In this document: positions 56,332 to 64,000 of the stretch, one piece after another
Numbering within the stretch: the first letter of the stretch is position 1
How the letters are laid out: each line of letters starts with the position of its first letter
Assembly (NCBI GenBank): GCA_040386535.1
Contig: JAZKFH010000019.1
Span: forward strand, 354,186 to 418,185
Direction of reading: 5' to 3'
Source of the DNA: Myxococcota bacterium
GTDB lineage: Bacteria; Myxococcota_A; UBA796; SXON01
Length of the DNA: 64,000 nt
The notes under the pieces: model-generated
What the model saw: only the letters and a program-made list of their open reading frames with translations
The model's database searches: none
Told to the model about the DNA's origin: nothing
Translations under genes and position numbers: made by a program

Positions 56332-57696
56332 TTGCGACGCTTGATCCTCCTCACGGTCGGGGTGGCCGCCTGTTCGGGCGCCCCCTCGGACGTGGACACC
56401 ACGCCGGTCAAGGCCGGCAGTGCCGTTCCGGCCGATCTCATCGCCCAGACCTGGCAGGTCCGCCTCGCGGTCGACGCCGCGCGCGCCCCGTTCGAGGGCC
56501 GCGCGGGGTGGGTCGCTTGGTTCCAGGGCAAGCGTGCCGAGTCGCTGCAGGGCTTCGTGGCCGACGCGGACGGTGCGGCCCAGGCCCGTCTGCACGCCGA
56601 GTATGCGGCCATCTACCGGCAGGCCGCCCTGCTCGCCGCGAATTCCACGGCGCAGGTGTACGGCGCCGACGCCCAACCCACCGATCCCGCCGAGACCAGC
56701 TACCTGCTGGGCGTGTCCGGCGCGATGTTGGGGGACGCGACGTTGATCGCGAAGCTCGGCTCCGCCGTCGGCTCCAAGGTAGCCGGCCTGGCCGAGCGGG
56801 ACGCCGCGTGGAAGGCCTGGGCCGCCGCCGGTGCCGTCTGGCCTCCCGACGCGCTGGCCGCCGCCGCGCCGAACGCGCCCACCACGCCCAGCCCGGGCAC
56901 GACGCCCGACGCGGGCGCCATCCCCCACTACGTCCTCCCCGAGCAAGGCGAGGCGACCACGGTCGACGCCGCCGACATTGGCACGTTGTGGGCGCTCTCC
57001 CGCTGGCACGAGGGCGCGGCCATCGCGGCGGCGCCCGAGGCCGAGCCGGCCATCCGCGCGTGGATCGACCCGTGGCGTCTCCCGCCCGAAGTGGCCGCGC
57101 AGCCCGATCGGGGCGGTGCCGCCGTCGCGATCCCGGATACGTTCCTCTTCATGTCCGCCATGACGACCCCGGGCGATGTCCTCTTCTTCTCCGACCTGGA
57201 GAGGAATGGCGCGTCTGCGGTCGCGGCCCACGCGTCGGACAGCCCGTACGCCGTCATCGTCGCGCGCTGCACCGAGGCCGGAAAGGTCTCGGTGGACTGC
57301 GTGCTGGACGAGGCCGCCGCGCTCGGCGCCGCCATCGAGGACGCGATGGCCGTGGCCGCCGGCAAGGAAGACGGCTTCCATCGCCCCTTCGCGGACTTTG
57401 CGCGGGTCGGGGTGCTCCGCGCCGCCGACCGGACCGCGTGGAAGCTCGAGGATCGGGAAGGCAGCGGCCGCCTCCGCATCAACGCGCTCGACCGCACCAT
57501 CGGCCCCGCGCGTGACCCCGTCTTTCTCCTTTCGGTGGCAGCGTGGGACGCTGGCAACCGGAACTCCGTCCGTGCCGAAGAGCTCGTGCACGGTCTGCTG
57601 ACAGAAGTTCCCGGCTTGGAGGCGGCCCGCCTCCCGCTGGATGCCCTGCACATTCGCCTGAGCCGGAATGCCGCCCCCGGCCGGCCCATGCATTGA
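56332..57696 (+). CDS. Lipoprotein of unknown function
   Basis: TTG start; MRRLILLTVGVAAC lipobox; Ala-rich helical protein. Confidence 0.7.
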   Translation: MRRLILLTVGVAACSGAPSDVDTTPVKAGSAVPADLIAQTWQVRLAVDAARAPFEGRAGWVAWFQGKRAESLQGFVADADGAAQARLHAEYAAIYRQAALLAANSTAQVYGADAQPTDPAETSYLLGVSGAMLGDATLIAKLGSAVGSKVAGLAERDAAWKAWAAAGAVWPPDALAAAAPNAPTTPSPGTTPDAGAIPHYVLPEQGEATTVDAADIGTLWALSRWHEGAAIAAAPEAEPAIRAWIDPWRLPPEVAAQPDRGGAAVAIPDTFLFMSAMTTPGDVLFFSDLERNGASAVAAHASDSPYAVIVARCTEAGKVSVDCVLDEAAALGAAIEDAMAVAAGKEDGFHRPFADFARVGVLRAADRTAWKLEDREGSGRLRINALDRTIGPARDPVFLLSVAAWDAGNRNSVRAEELVHGLLTEVPGLEAARLPLDALHIRLSRNAAPGRPMH

Positions 57697-57707
57697 GGAG
57701 TCGCACG

Positions 57708-59315
57708 ATGAGCCGCCGAGGTCGCAAAGAAGGCGAGGGGTTGCGCGAAAACGCACGACACCTCCTGGTCGCCGCCGGTCTGGCGGGCGCCGTGCTCTCC
57801 ACAGGCGCGGTTTTGAGCTTCTACGAGGAGTCACTCCCCGGGACGCTCAACCCGCTCTACGCCCAGTCGATGGTCGACTACCGCTCGCAGGAGCTGGTGT
57901 TCGACCGGATCTATTTCCACAGCCCCATCGACAACCGGATCATGAGCCGGGTGGTCGAGAAGGGTGAGCTCGCCGAGGGCGGCAAGGCCTACAAGCTCAC
58001 GCTCAAGGCCGGGCTGAAGTGGCACGACGGCAAACCGGTCACGTCGAAGGACGTGTGCTTCACCGTCAACGCCATGCTCGATCCCAAGACGCCGAGCCCC
58101 ATGGCCGCGGGCTACCGCACGGTGCTCGCGGGGTGTGAGGCCCAGGCGCCCACGGTGGCCCTCGTGCGCTTCACGAAGGTGTTCCACAACCCCCAGGAGC
58201 GGCTCGGGTTCCCGCTGCTCCCCGAGGCGCCGTTCGCCGGCAACACGGCGATCTCGCCCGACCTCGACTTCTCGGCGCACCCGATCGGCTCCGGCGCCTA
58301 CAAGGGCAACAAGGGCCGTCGCGGCGTCACGTTCGAGGCCTACCCGAACGCGCACCACGCCTCGACCATCGCGCAGCTGTCCCTCCAGGAGGGCGGCGAT
58401 CCCGTCGTCCAGGTCGTGACCCTGCGCAACAACGGCGTCCAGGGCATCGTGGCCGTGCCGCCGCCGCTCCGCGCCGACGTGAGCGCGAGCGACGATCTGC
58501 AGCTGAAGTCCTACGACCTGCGGTCGTGGTGGTTCATGGCGGTCAACAGCAAGAAGGGCGCGCTGGCCGACAAGCGCGTGCGCCAGGCGCTCAATCTCAT
58601 CATCGACCGCACCGACCTGCGCGAGAAGTCGATCGGTGTGAAGCCCGGCGAGCAGAACAGCCCCTGCGAGTTCATCTCGGGCCCGTTCGTCCAGTCCTCG
58701 CCGTTCTACAACCGGTCCATCCCCACCAAGGACAAGAGCGATCGCGCCGCGGCGTCGAAGCTCCTGACCGACGCGGGGCTCACCCAGATCGGCGGTCGTT
58801 GGCACTTCAAGGGCCAGCCGGTCGTCCTGAACATCGGCATGCTCGCGCCCCTCGACAACGAGGCGCCCGACTTGTTGACCCAGGTGGCGAACCAGCTCGG
58901 CGCGGGCGGCTTCGAGCGCCAGGAGACCAAGGTCACGGTCGACGATTGGAATCGCCGCGTCCTGACCGGCAAGGCGACCGAGTTCGACTTGCTCGTCGGC
59001 AAGTGGTCGTTCGGCGTCGTGGAGGAGGTCAACGATCTCTTCGAGACCCGCGCCACGTCCAAGGGCACGCTGAACATCTTCAACTACAGCAACGCCACGG
59101 TCGACCAGTCGATCGCCGAGTACAACGCGGCGCGCACCGACACCGCGGCGGACGACGCCTACCACAAGCTCCACGGCATCCTCGCGGATGACCTCCCGTA
59201 CCTGTTCCTCTGGAAGCTCGACACCAAGAGCGCCTGGCGGACCGAGGTGCGCGGCAACACGATCTCGCCGTACTACTACTGGACCGAGATCGACTCCTGG
59301 AAGTACGGGCCGTAG
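57708..59315 (+). CDS. ABC transporter substrate-binding protein, family 5 (Dpp/Opp-like)
   Basis: GAGGAG RBS; PGTLNPL, KWHDGKPVTSKDVCFT, PIGSGAY, DKRVRQAL..IDR, DLPYLFLW. Confidence 0.92.
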   Translation: MSRRGRKEGEGLRENARHLLVAAGLAGAVLSTGAVLSFYEESLPGTLNPLYAQSMVDYRSQELVFDRIYFHSPIDNRIMSRVVEKGELAEGGKAYKLTLKAGLKWHDGKPVTSKDVCFTVNAMLDPKTPSPMAAGYRTVLAGCEAQAPTVALVRFTKVFHNPQERLGFPLLPEAPFAGNTAISPDLDFSAHPIGSGAYKGNKGRRGVTFEAYPNAHHASTIAQLSLQEGGDPVVQVVTLRNNGVQGIVAVPPPLRADVSASDDLQLKSYDLRSWWFMAVNSKKGALADKRVRQALNLIIDRTDLREKSIGVKPGEQNSPCEFISGPFVQSSPFYNRSIPTKDKSDRAAASKLLTDAGLTQIGGRWHFKGQPVVLNIGMLAPLDNEAPDLLTQVANQLGAGGFERQETKVTVDDWNRRVLTGKATEFDLLVGKWSFGVVEEVNDLFETRATSKGTLNIFNYSNATVDQSIAEYNAARTDTAADDAYHKLHGILADDLPYLFLWKLDTKSAWRTEVRGNTISPYYYWTEIDSWKYGP

Positions 59316-59341
59316 GAGCAGTGGTCTGATGTCGTCCCGCA

Positions 59342-59410
59342 GCGTTCAGCCCCGGATTGACGGGGAACGCCACAGCCGCATCTCGCACCCGCGTGGGTGG
59401 ATGTGGCTGT
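59342..59410 (+). promoter_or_regulatory. Two intercistronic stem-loops between SBP and permease genes (mRNA stabiliser/attenuator-like)
   Basis: gcgttc...gaacgc (59342-59370); acagccgcatc...gatgtggctgt with inner caccc/gggtg (59372-59410). Confidence 0.55.
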
Positions 59411-59432
59411 CTGCACGCGCCGGGGGCGCTCG

Positions 59433-60383
59433 ATGAAGGCGTGGTGGCTGCGCCCCGGCGTGCGTCTGTTGGCGGCGTTGCTGCTGCCGATCGCCGTGCC
59501 CGCGATCATCACCGCGCTCATCTGGGCGCTGCCCGGCGATCCCGCCGAGATCATCTGCCCGCGGGAGATCTGCGGCGGCACCGACGCGCTCGCCGCGCGG
59601 TGGAATCTCGACGGCGGGCCCTGGAAGTTCTTCTCGGCGTGGATCGGCAACGCGCTGCAGGGTGACTTCGGCAACAGCTGGCGCCTCCAACAAGGCGTGC
59701 CCGTCATGGAGCTCCTGAAGGAGGCCGTGCCGACCACCACGATCCTGATCCTCGCGGGGCTGGTCCCGCTGGTGCTCGGCGCCATCGGCGCGGCCACGGG
59801 GATCATCCCTCGCCGCGCGGATCCCGTCGCGTCGCTGGTCGGGCTCGTGCCCGCCGTCGTCTTCGCGCTCCTGTGCGCCGCGGTGATCGAGCTGAACTAC
59901 GGGGCCGAGAGCTTCAACGTCGAGGCCACGCGCTTCCGCATCCTTCTCGGCGCCATCGTGCTCGGCTTCGCGGACGGCGCCTTCGCCGGCGCCACCACCG
60001 GGGTCCGGGCGTTGTTCAACACGGAGCGCAAGCAGCGCTACGTGACCGTCGCGTTGTTGCGCGGAGAGCGTCCGCTCGCGAACATGCTCCCGAACGTCTC
60101 CCCCGCGCTCGCCGGCCAGCTGCGGGCGCGTGTCCTCCACCTGCTCTCTGGCACCGTGGTGGTCGAGGTCGTGCTGCGCATCAACGGCATCGGCGATCTG
60201 CTCTGGGGCGGCACCCTGCTCCAGGACTTCGGGGTCGTGCTGGCCGCGGCCACCGCCTTCGCGGCCCTCTCCGGAGCGTTGTTGCTGGTCCAGGCGACCA
60301 CTGAGATCGTCGTGGCGCTCGTCGTCCGCCGCACGCCCGCCGTCGCGGCCGCGGTGCCCGCGCAAGCCCGGGCGGCCAGCTGA
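59433..60383 (+). CDS. ABC permease (DppB/OppB-like)
   Basis: LPGDPAE, GDFGNSW, YVTVALLRG (EAA-loop equivalent), GTVVVEVVL..NGIG. Confidence 0.88.
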   Translation: MKAWWLRPGVRLLAALLLPIAVPAIITALIWALPGDPAEIICPREICGGTDALAARWNLDGGPWKFFSAWIGNALQGDFGNSWRLQQGVPVMELLKEAVPTTTILILAGLVPLVLGAIGAATGIIPRRADPVASLVGLVPAVVFALLCAAVIELNYGAESFNVEATRFRILLGAIVLGFADGAFAGATTGVRALFNTERKQRYVTVALLRGERPLANMLPNVSPALAGQLRARVLHLLSGTVVVEVVLRINGIGDLLWGGTLLQDFGVVLAAATAFAALSGALLLVQATTEIVVALVVRRTPAVAAAVPAQARAAS

Positions 60384-60393
60384 TGGTGCGCTC

Positions 60394-61215
60394 GTGATCC
60401 CCCGCAAGTTCGCGCTCGGCGTCGGCCTCGTGTGCCTCCTGATCCTTATCGGGCTCGGGTTGTTCGCTCCCGCGCACCTCTCGGCGTTCGACTCGGAGCG
60501 CGTGTACCAGGGCCCGCTCGACATGTTCCCGTTCGGGAGCGATCAACGCGGCCGCCCGCTGCTCGAGTACGCGCAGCAGGGCGCCTCGGTGATCCTGTTC
60601 CCGTCGCTGTTCGCGGGCCTCGTGGTCGGCGGGATGGGCGTCGTCGGCGGGTTGTTGCGATGCGTCGGCAGCGCGCGGGTCGACACCGCGGTGCAGGCCT
60701 TCGGCGAGATCGTCGGCAGCCTGCCGCGCATGGTGGTCATCCTCGTCGTCGCGCTGCTGATCCCGGCGGGATCGCGCGGCTTGTTCCCGCTGGCCTTCGC
60801 GTGGGCCATCTTGGCGAGCCCCGGCGCGATGGACGAGGCCGCGTCCGTCGCCGAGCGGCTCGGCGGCGCCCGCTTCGTCGAGGCGCTCCGGGCCCACGGG
60901 TTCTCGTGGTCGCGGGTGTTCCTCTACCACATCGTCCTGTTGAACCTCCGCCCCGTCGTGGTGCGGCAGGCCGCCGAGACAGCGATGCAGGTCACCTTCC
61001 TCGAGATCGCGCTCTCCTACCTCGCGGCCCAGGAGAACCAGTCCAGCTTCACCCACGCGGATGACGTGAAGTCCTGGGCAAACCTCCTCGAGATCGGCTA
61101 CCCGAGCCTCGTGCTCGACGTGCCGACCGGCCACGCGCTCGGCCTCGGGCTCGCGCTCGTCGCCGTCGTCACATCGATGTCGCTCATGCTCTCCTCGGCG
61201 GCGAGGGCCCGATGA
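60394..61215 (+). CDS. ABC permease (DppC/OppC-like)
   Basis: PFGSDQRGR, FVEALRAHG EAA loop, EIALSYL, SWANLL. Confidence 0.88.
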   Translation: MIPRKFALGVGLVCLLILIGLGLFAPAHLSAFDSERVYQGPLDMFPFGSDQRGRPLLEYAQQGASVILFPSLFAGLVVGGMGVVGGLLRCVGSARVDTAVQAFGEIVGSLPRMVVILVVALLIPAGSRGLFPLAFAWAILASPGAMDEAASVAERLGGARFVEALRAHGFSWSRVFLYHIVLLNLRPVVVRQAAETAMQVTFLEIALSYLAAQENQSSFTHADDVKSWANLLEIGYPSLVLDVPTGHALGLGLALVAVVTSMSLMLSSAARAR

Positions 61216-61973
61216 GCGACGTCCGTACCCAACCGCCCAGCAACGTCCTCGAGCTGCGCGATCTCGCGATCCGCGCGCCGGGGCGCGTCCTGGTGGACGG
61301 CGTGAACGTCGACGTGTACGCGGGCGCCGTCACCGCGCTCTGTGGCCCGTCCGGCGCCGGGAAGTCGCTCACGGCGCGGGCGTGCATGGGCGTGCTCGAC
61401 GTGACTCCGGGCCTGTTCCGCGGCTCGTTGCGGTTCCCCGCGCTCGGGCCGAAGGACTGGTTCGCGGACGTGGTAGGGAAGGGGGCCCGCGCCCAGGCGG
61501 CGCTGCTGCGCGAGACCGAGTCACTCCGGGGCGGCTATCTGTCGTACTCGCCGCAGGCCGCGTCCAGCGCGCTGAACCCGGGGCGCACGATCGGCCGGCA
61601 GATCGAGATGGCGATCGCGCGGCGCGCCATCCGGGTGCCCGCCGGTGACCTCGGCGGGCTCATCCGCGAGCTGCTCGACGAGGTAGGCCTCCAGCCCTAC
61701 GTCGCGAGCTCGCTCCCCGGCGAGCTCTCCGGCGGCATGTGCCAGCGGGCCGCCCTCGCCATCGCCATCGCCCCCGATCCGCGCGTGCTGCTCGCCGACG
61801 AGCCCGAGACAGGGCTGGATCCCGTGCTCCGCCGGCAGATCGTCGAGCTGCTCGTGCAGGTCGGAAAAGCCCACGCCTGCGGCATCCTGCTCATCTCGCA
61901 CCACGAGGACACGGTCGACAGGATCGCGGATCATGTCATCCGCCTTACGCCGGTTCACGCGGGGGGCGAATGA
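61212..61973 (+). CDS. ABC ATP-binding subunit (DppD/OppD-like)
   Basis: GPSGAGKS, ALNP, LSGGMCQR, LADEP, ISH; ATGA overlaps on both sides. Confidence 0.92.
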   Translation: MSDVRTQPPSNVLELRDLAIRAPGRVLVDGVNVDVYAGAVTALCGPSGAGKSLTARACMGVLDVTPGLFRGSLRFPALGPKDWFADVVGKGARAQAALLRETESLRGGYLSYSPQAASSALNPGRTIGRQIEMAIARRAIRVPAGDLGGLIRELLDEVGLQPYVASSLPGELSGGMCQRAALAIAIAPDPRVLLADEPETGLDPVLRRQIVELLVQVGKAHACGILLISHHEDTVDRIADHVIRLTPVHAGGE

Positions 61974-62761
61974 GCACGCCGATCGTACGGGTGTCCAACC
62001 TCGTCAAGACCTTCCGCATCCCGGGCCCGTGGCCGTGGAGCCCCGTTCGCACGGTCGAGGCCGTGCGCGGCGTGGACTTCACGGTGGCCGCCGGCGAGGT
62101 CGTGGCGCTCGTCGGCCAGTCGGGCTCCGGCAAGACCACGCTCTCCCGCATCGTGCTCGGCCTCGAGGCCCCCACCTCGGGCGAGGTCTGGATCGAGGCC
62201 CATCGCTGGGACCAGATGAGCGAGCGGGAGCGCCAGAAGCACCGGATCGCCTACCAGTACATCCCGCAAGACGCGATGGCGGCGCTCGATCCGCAGCAGA
62301 CCGTGTTGGAGCACGTGGTGGAGACCCTCACGGTGCTCGCGCGCAAGCCCAAGCAGCAGGCAAACACCCTTGCGGTAGCGATGCTCGCGCGCCTCGGGTT
62401 GTCCCATCGCCACGGCGCGCTCCCCCGCGAGCTCTCGGGCGGCGAACAACGCCGCGTGACCCTCGCCCGCGTGCTCGCGCTCGAGCCTCGCCTCGTCGTG
62501 GCCGACGAGCCCACGTCCGGCCTCGACCCCGATCGCCGCGCTTCCGTCCTCGCTGACCTGATCGGCAACCTCCCAGCCGGCGCCGGGTGTATTCTCGTCA
62601 CGCACGACCTCGATGCCGCCGTCGACTATTGCCACCGCGCCGTGGTGATGCTCGAAGGCAACATCATCGAGGAGCTCGACCTGCGCAAGGACGAACCCCG
62701 CCACCCGTACACCCGCTCGCTGCTGGACCCCTGGCAGACCCCGCCCAAAGGTGTCTCATGA
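61970..62761 (+). CDS. ABC ATP-binding subunit (DppF/OppF-like)
   Basis: GQSGSGKT, LSGGEQRR, ADEPTSGLD, VTHD, HPYTRSLL. Confidence 0.93.
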   Translation: MSTPIVRVSNLVKTFRIPGPWPWSPVRTVEAVRGVDFTVAAGEVVALVGQSGSGKTTLSRIVLGLEAPTSGEVWIEAHRWDQMSERERQKHRIAYQYIPQDAMAALDPQQTVLEHVVETLTVLARKPKQQANTLAVAMLARLGLSHRHGALPRELSGGEQRRVTLARVLALEPRLVVADEPTSGLDPDRRASVLADLIGNLPAGAGCILVTHDLDAAVDYCHRAVVMLEGNIIEELDLRKDEPRHPYTRSLLDPWQTPPKGVS

Positions 62762-64000
62762 CCGCTACACGCGTCTCTCCCCAGCTCACCCCCCGGCTCT
62801 CGATCCTGCTCGCGGTCCTCGCGCTCGCTCCGCTCGCGTTCCCCTCCGTCATCGCCTCCGCCCACGCGGGCGAGGTCGAGAAGGCCGAGCACACCCGCAT
62901 CTCCGAGGAGATGCGCAAGCTCGCGTCCCGCAACGCGTGGCCGGCGGTCGAGGCCAGCTTCAAGCGCCTCGAAGAGCTGGAGAAGAAGGGTGAGGTCATC
63001 TCCTACAAGGAGTTCATGCTGGGCGCCGAGGCGGCCCGCGCGCTCGGGGACATGACGGCGAGCCGGTCGCGCGTCGAGCGCGCCTCCAAGCTGGATCCGA
63101 CCAAGGAGGCGCTCGACTGGCTCTCCGATGTCGACAAGAACTACGGCAAGGTCGACATCAGCTTCGACGCCAAGTACGCCGGCGAGCGCACGCTCGTCGC
63201 GTCCGTGCCCCCGTTCGCGCCGGATCAGCGCGCAGCGATCACCTTCGCCGCGGCCCAGATCGCCGCGGGCAAGGCCTACACCGGCCTGCTCCCCGCCGGT
63301 GAGTACGCCGTGGGGGACAACAAGGTGACCGTCGCGATCGGCGACAAGGTGGCCTCCCTCCGCATGGGCCCCCCGGCCGCCGCGGAGAAAGAGCCCTTCA
63401 AGCTGGCCTACGTCGGGCCCCGCGCGCAGATCGGCGTCGCGTTCACCGCGGGCAGCGCGGTCTCGGACAGCAGCCTCGCGGCCGATCCGTCCCTGCAGGC
63501 GGGCGCCTTCAGCGGCACCGGCGCGCGCATCGGCGTCGGTCTCGAGGTCGGCCTGTCGCAGAACTTCGGCGTGATCGTCGAGGTCGGCTACCACAGCCTC
63601 TTCGGCGCCCCCGCGCAGGATCTCGCGGACTCCGACAACTTCCGCACCGCAGACAACAACCTGCACCTCGGCTACGGCTGGCTCGCGGGCAACCTCCGCT
63701 TCGGAAACCTCTGGATCGCGGCCGGTCCCATCTGGAGCGCGGGTGGCGGCGCGGTCACGGGGATCGACGAGCGCTGCCTCGACGGCGACAAATGTGGCCA
63801 GGATTATGCTGTCGCGGATGATGTTGCCGCCTACCAGCGTTTTGATGGCAACCCCAAGATGGGCGGCGGCGCCGCCAGTTTGTCCTATGCTCTGGTGGAT
63901 CTCGGCAGCCTGAAGGGCGCGCTCACCCTCGAGGGTGGCATCGAGACCGACATGCTTCGTACGTACCCCTGGGGGCAGGTTGCCTTTACGATCGCCCCGT
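62758..64000 (+). CDS. Secreted protein with N-terminal TPR-like helices and probable C-terminal outer-membrane beta-barrel (partial; absent from the ORF track because it runs off the window)
   Basis: ATGA overlap with the ATPase stop; MTATRVSPQL...ASAHA signal; EAARALGDM..SR.RVERA..LDP; GARIGVGLEVGL, FGVIVEVGYH, GYGWLAGNLRF amphipathic strands; open to the window end. Confidence 0.75.
   Translation, partial: MTATRVSPQLTPRLSILLAVLALAPLAFPSVIASAHAGEVEKAEHTRISEEMRKLASRNAWPAVEASFKRLEELEKKGEVISYKEFMLGAEAARALGDMTASRSRVERASKLDPTKEALDWLSDVDKNYGKVDISFDAKYAGERTLVASVPPFAPDQRAAITFAAAQIAAGKAYTGLLPAGEYAVGDNKVTVAIGDKVASLRMGPPAAAEKEPFKLAYVGPRAQIGVAFTAGSAVSDSSLAADPSLQAGAFSGTGARIGVGLEVGLSQNFGVIVEVGYHSLFGAPAQDLADSDNFRTADNNLHLGYGWLAGNLRFGNLWIAAGPIWSAGGGAVTGIDERCLDGDKCGQDYAVADDVAAYQRFDGNPKMGGGAASLSYALVDLGSLKGALTLEGGIETDMLRTYPWGQVAFTIAP

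Overview
Gene-dense, very GC-rich (roughly 70% or more by eye) bacterial chromosomal window with about 52 CDS. I found no rRNA, tRNA, CRISPR array or transposase. Three Hanks-type Ser/Thr kinases, many lipoproteins, an FG-GAP protein and AddAB suggest a Myxococcota/deltaproteobacterial genome (inference). Recognisable housekeeping genes: pfpI-family, fxsA, mazG, nadA, addA/addB, mutY, coaD, glmS, ppa, dusB and a Dpp/Opp-type ABC importer. Most notable: (1) two separate CbbQ/NirQ/NorQ AAA+ plus CbbO/NorD VWA pairs facing each other with no Rubisco or NO-reductase client in the window. The first pair is followed by a dienelactone-hydrolase-like gene lacking catalytic residues and an 88-aa, 64% Asp/Glu, Trp-punctuated micro-protein. 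(2) A lower-GC AAA_21-type ATPase + DUF4276 (TOPRIM-like) pair, a candidate defence module. (3) A long envelope operon linking TPR/lipoproteins, a peptide-type ABC importer and a TPR/beta-barrel-like protein. (4) Recurrent TANNNT-N5-8-start signatures suggesting leaderless mRNAs, ultra-short uncharged lipoprotein signal peptides and a probable CTG start. (5) Nucleotide-level oddities: a 14-bp tandem repeat, a 28-bp AT-rich dyad inside a CDS and dispersed hairpin elements. All family calls come from motif recognition, not database searches.
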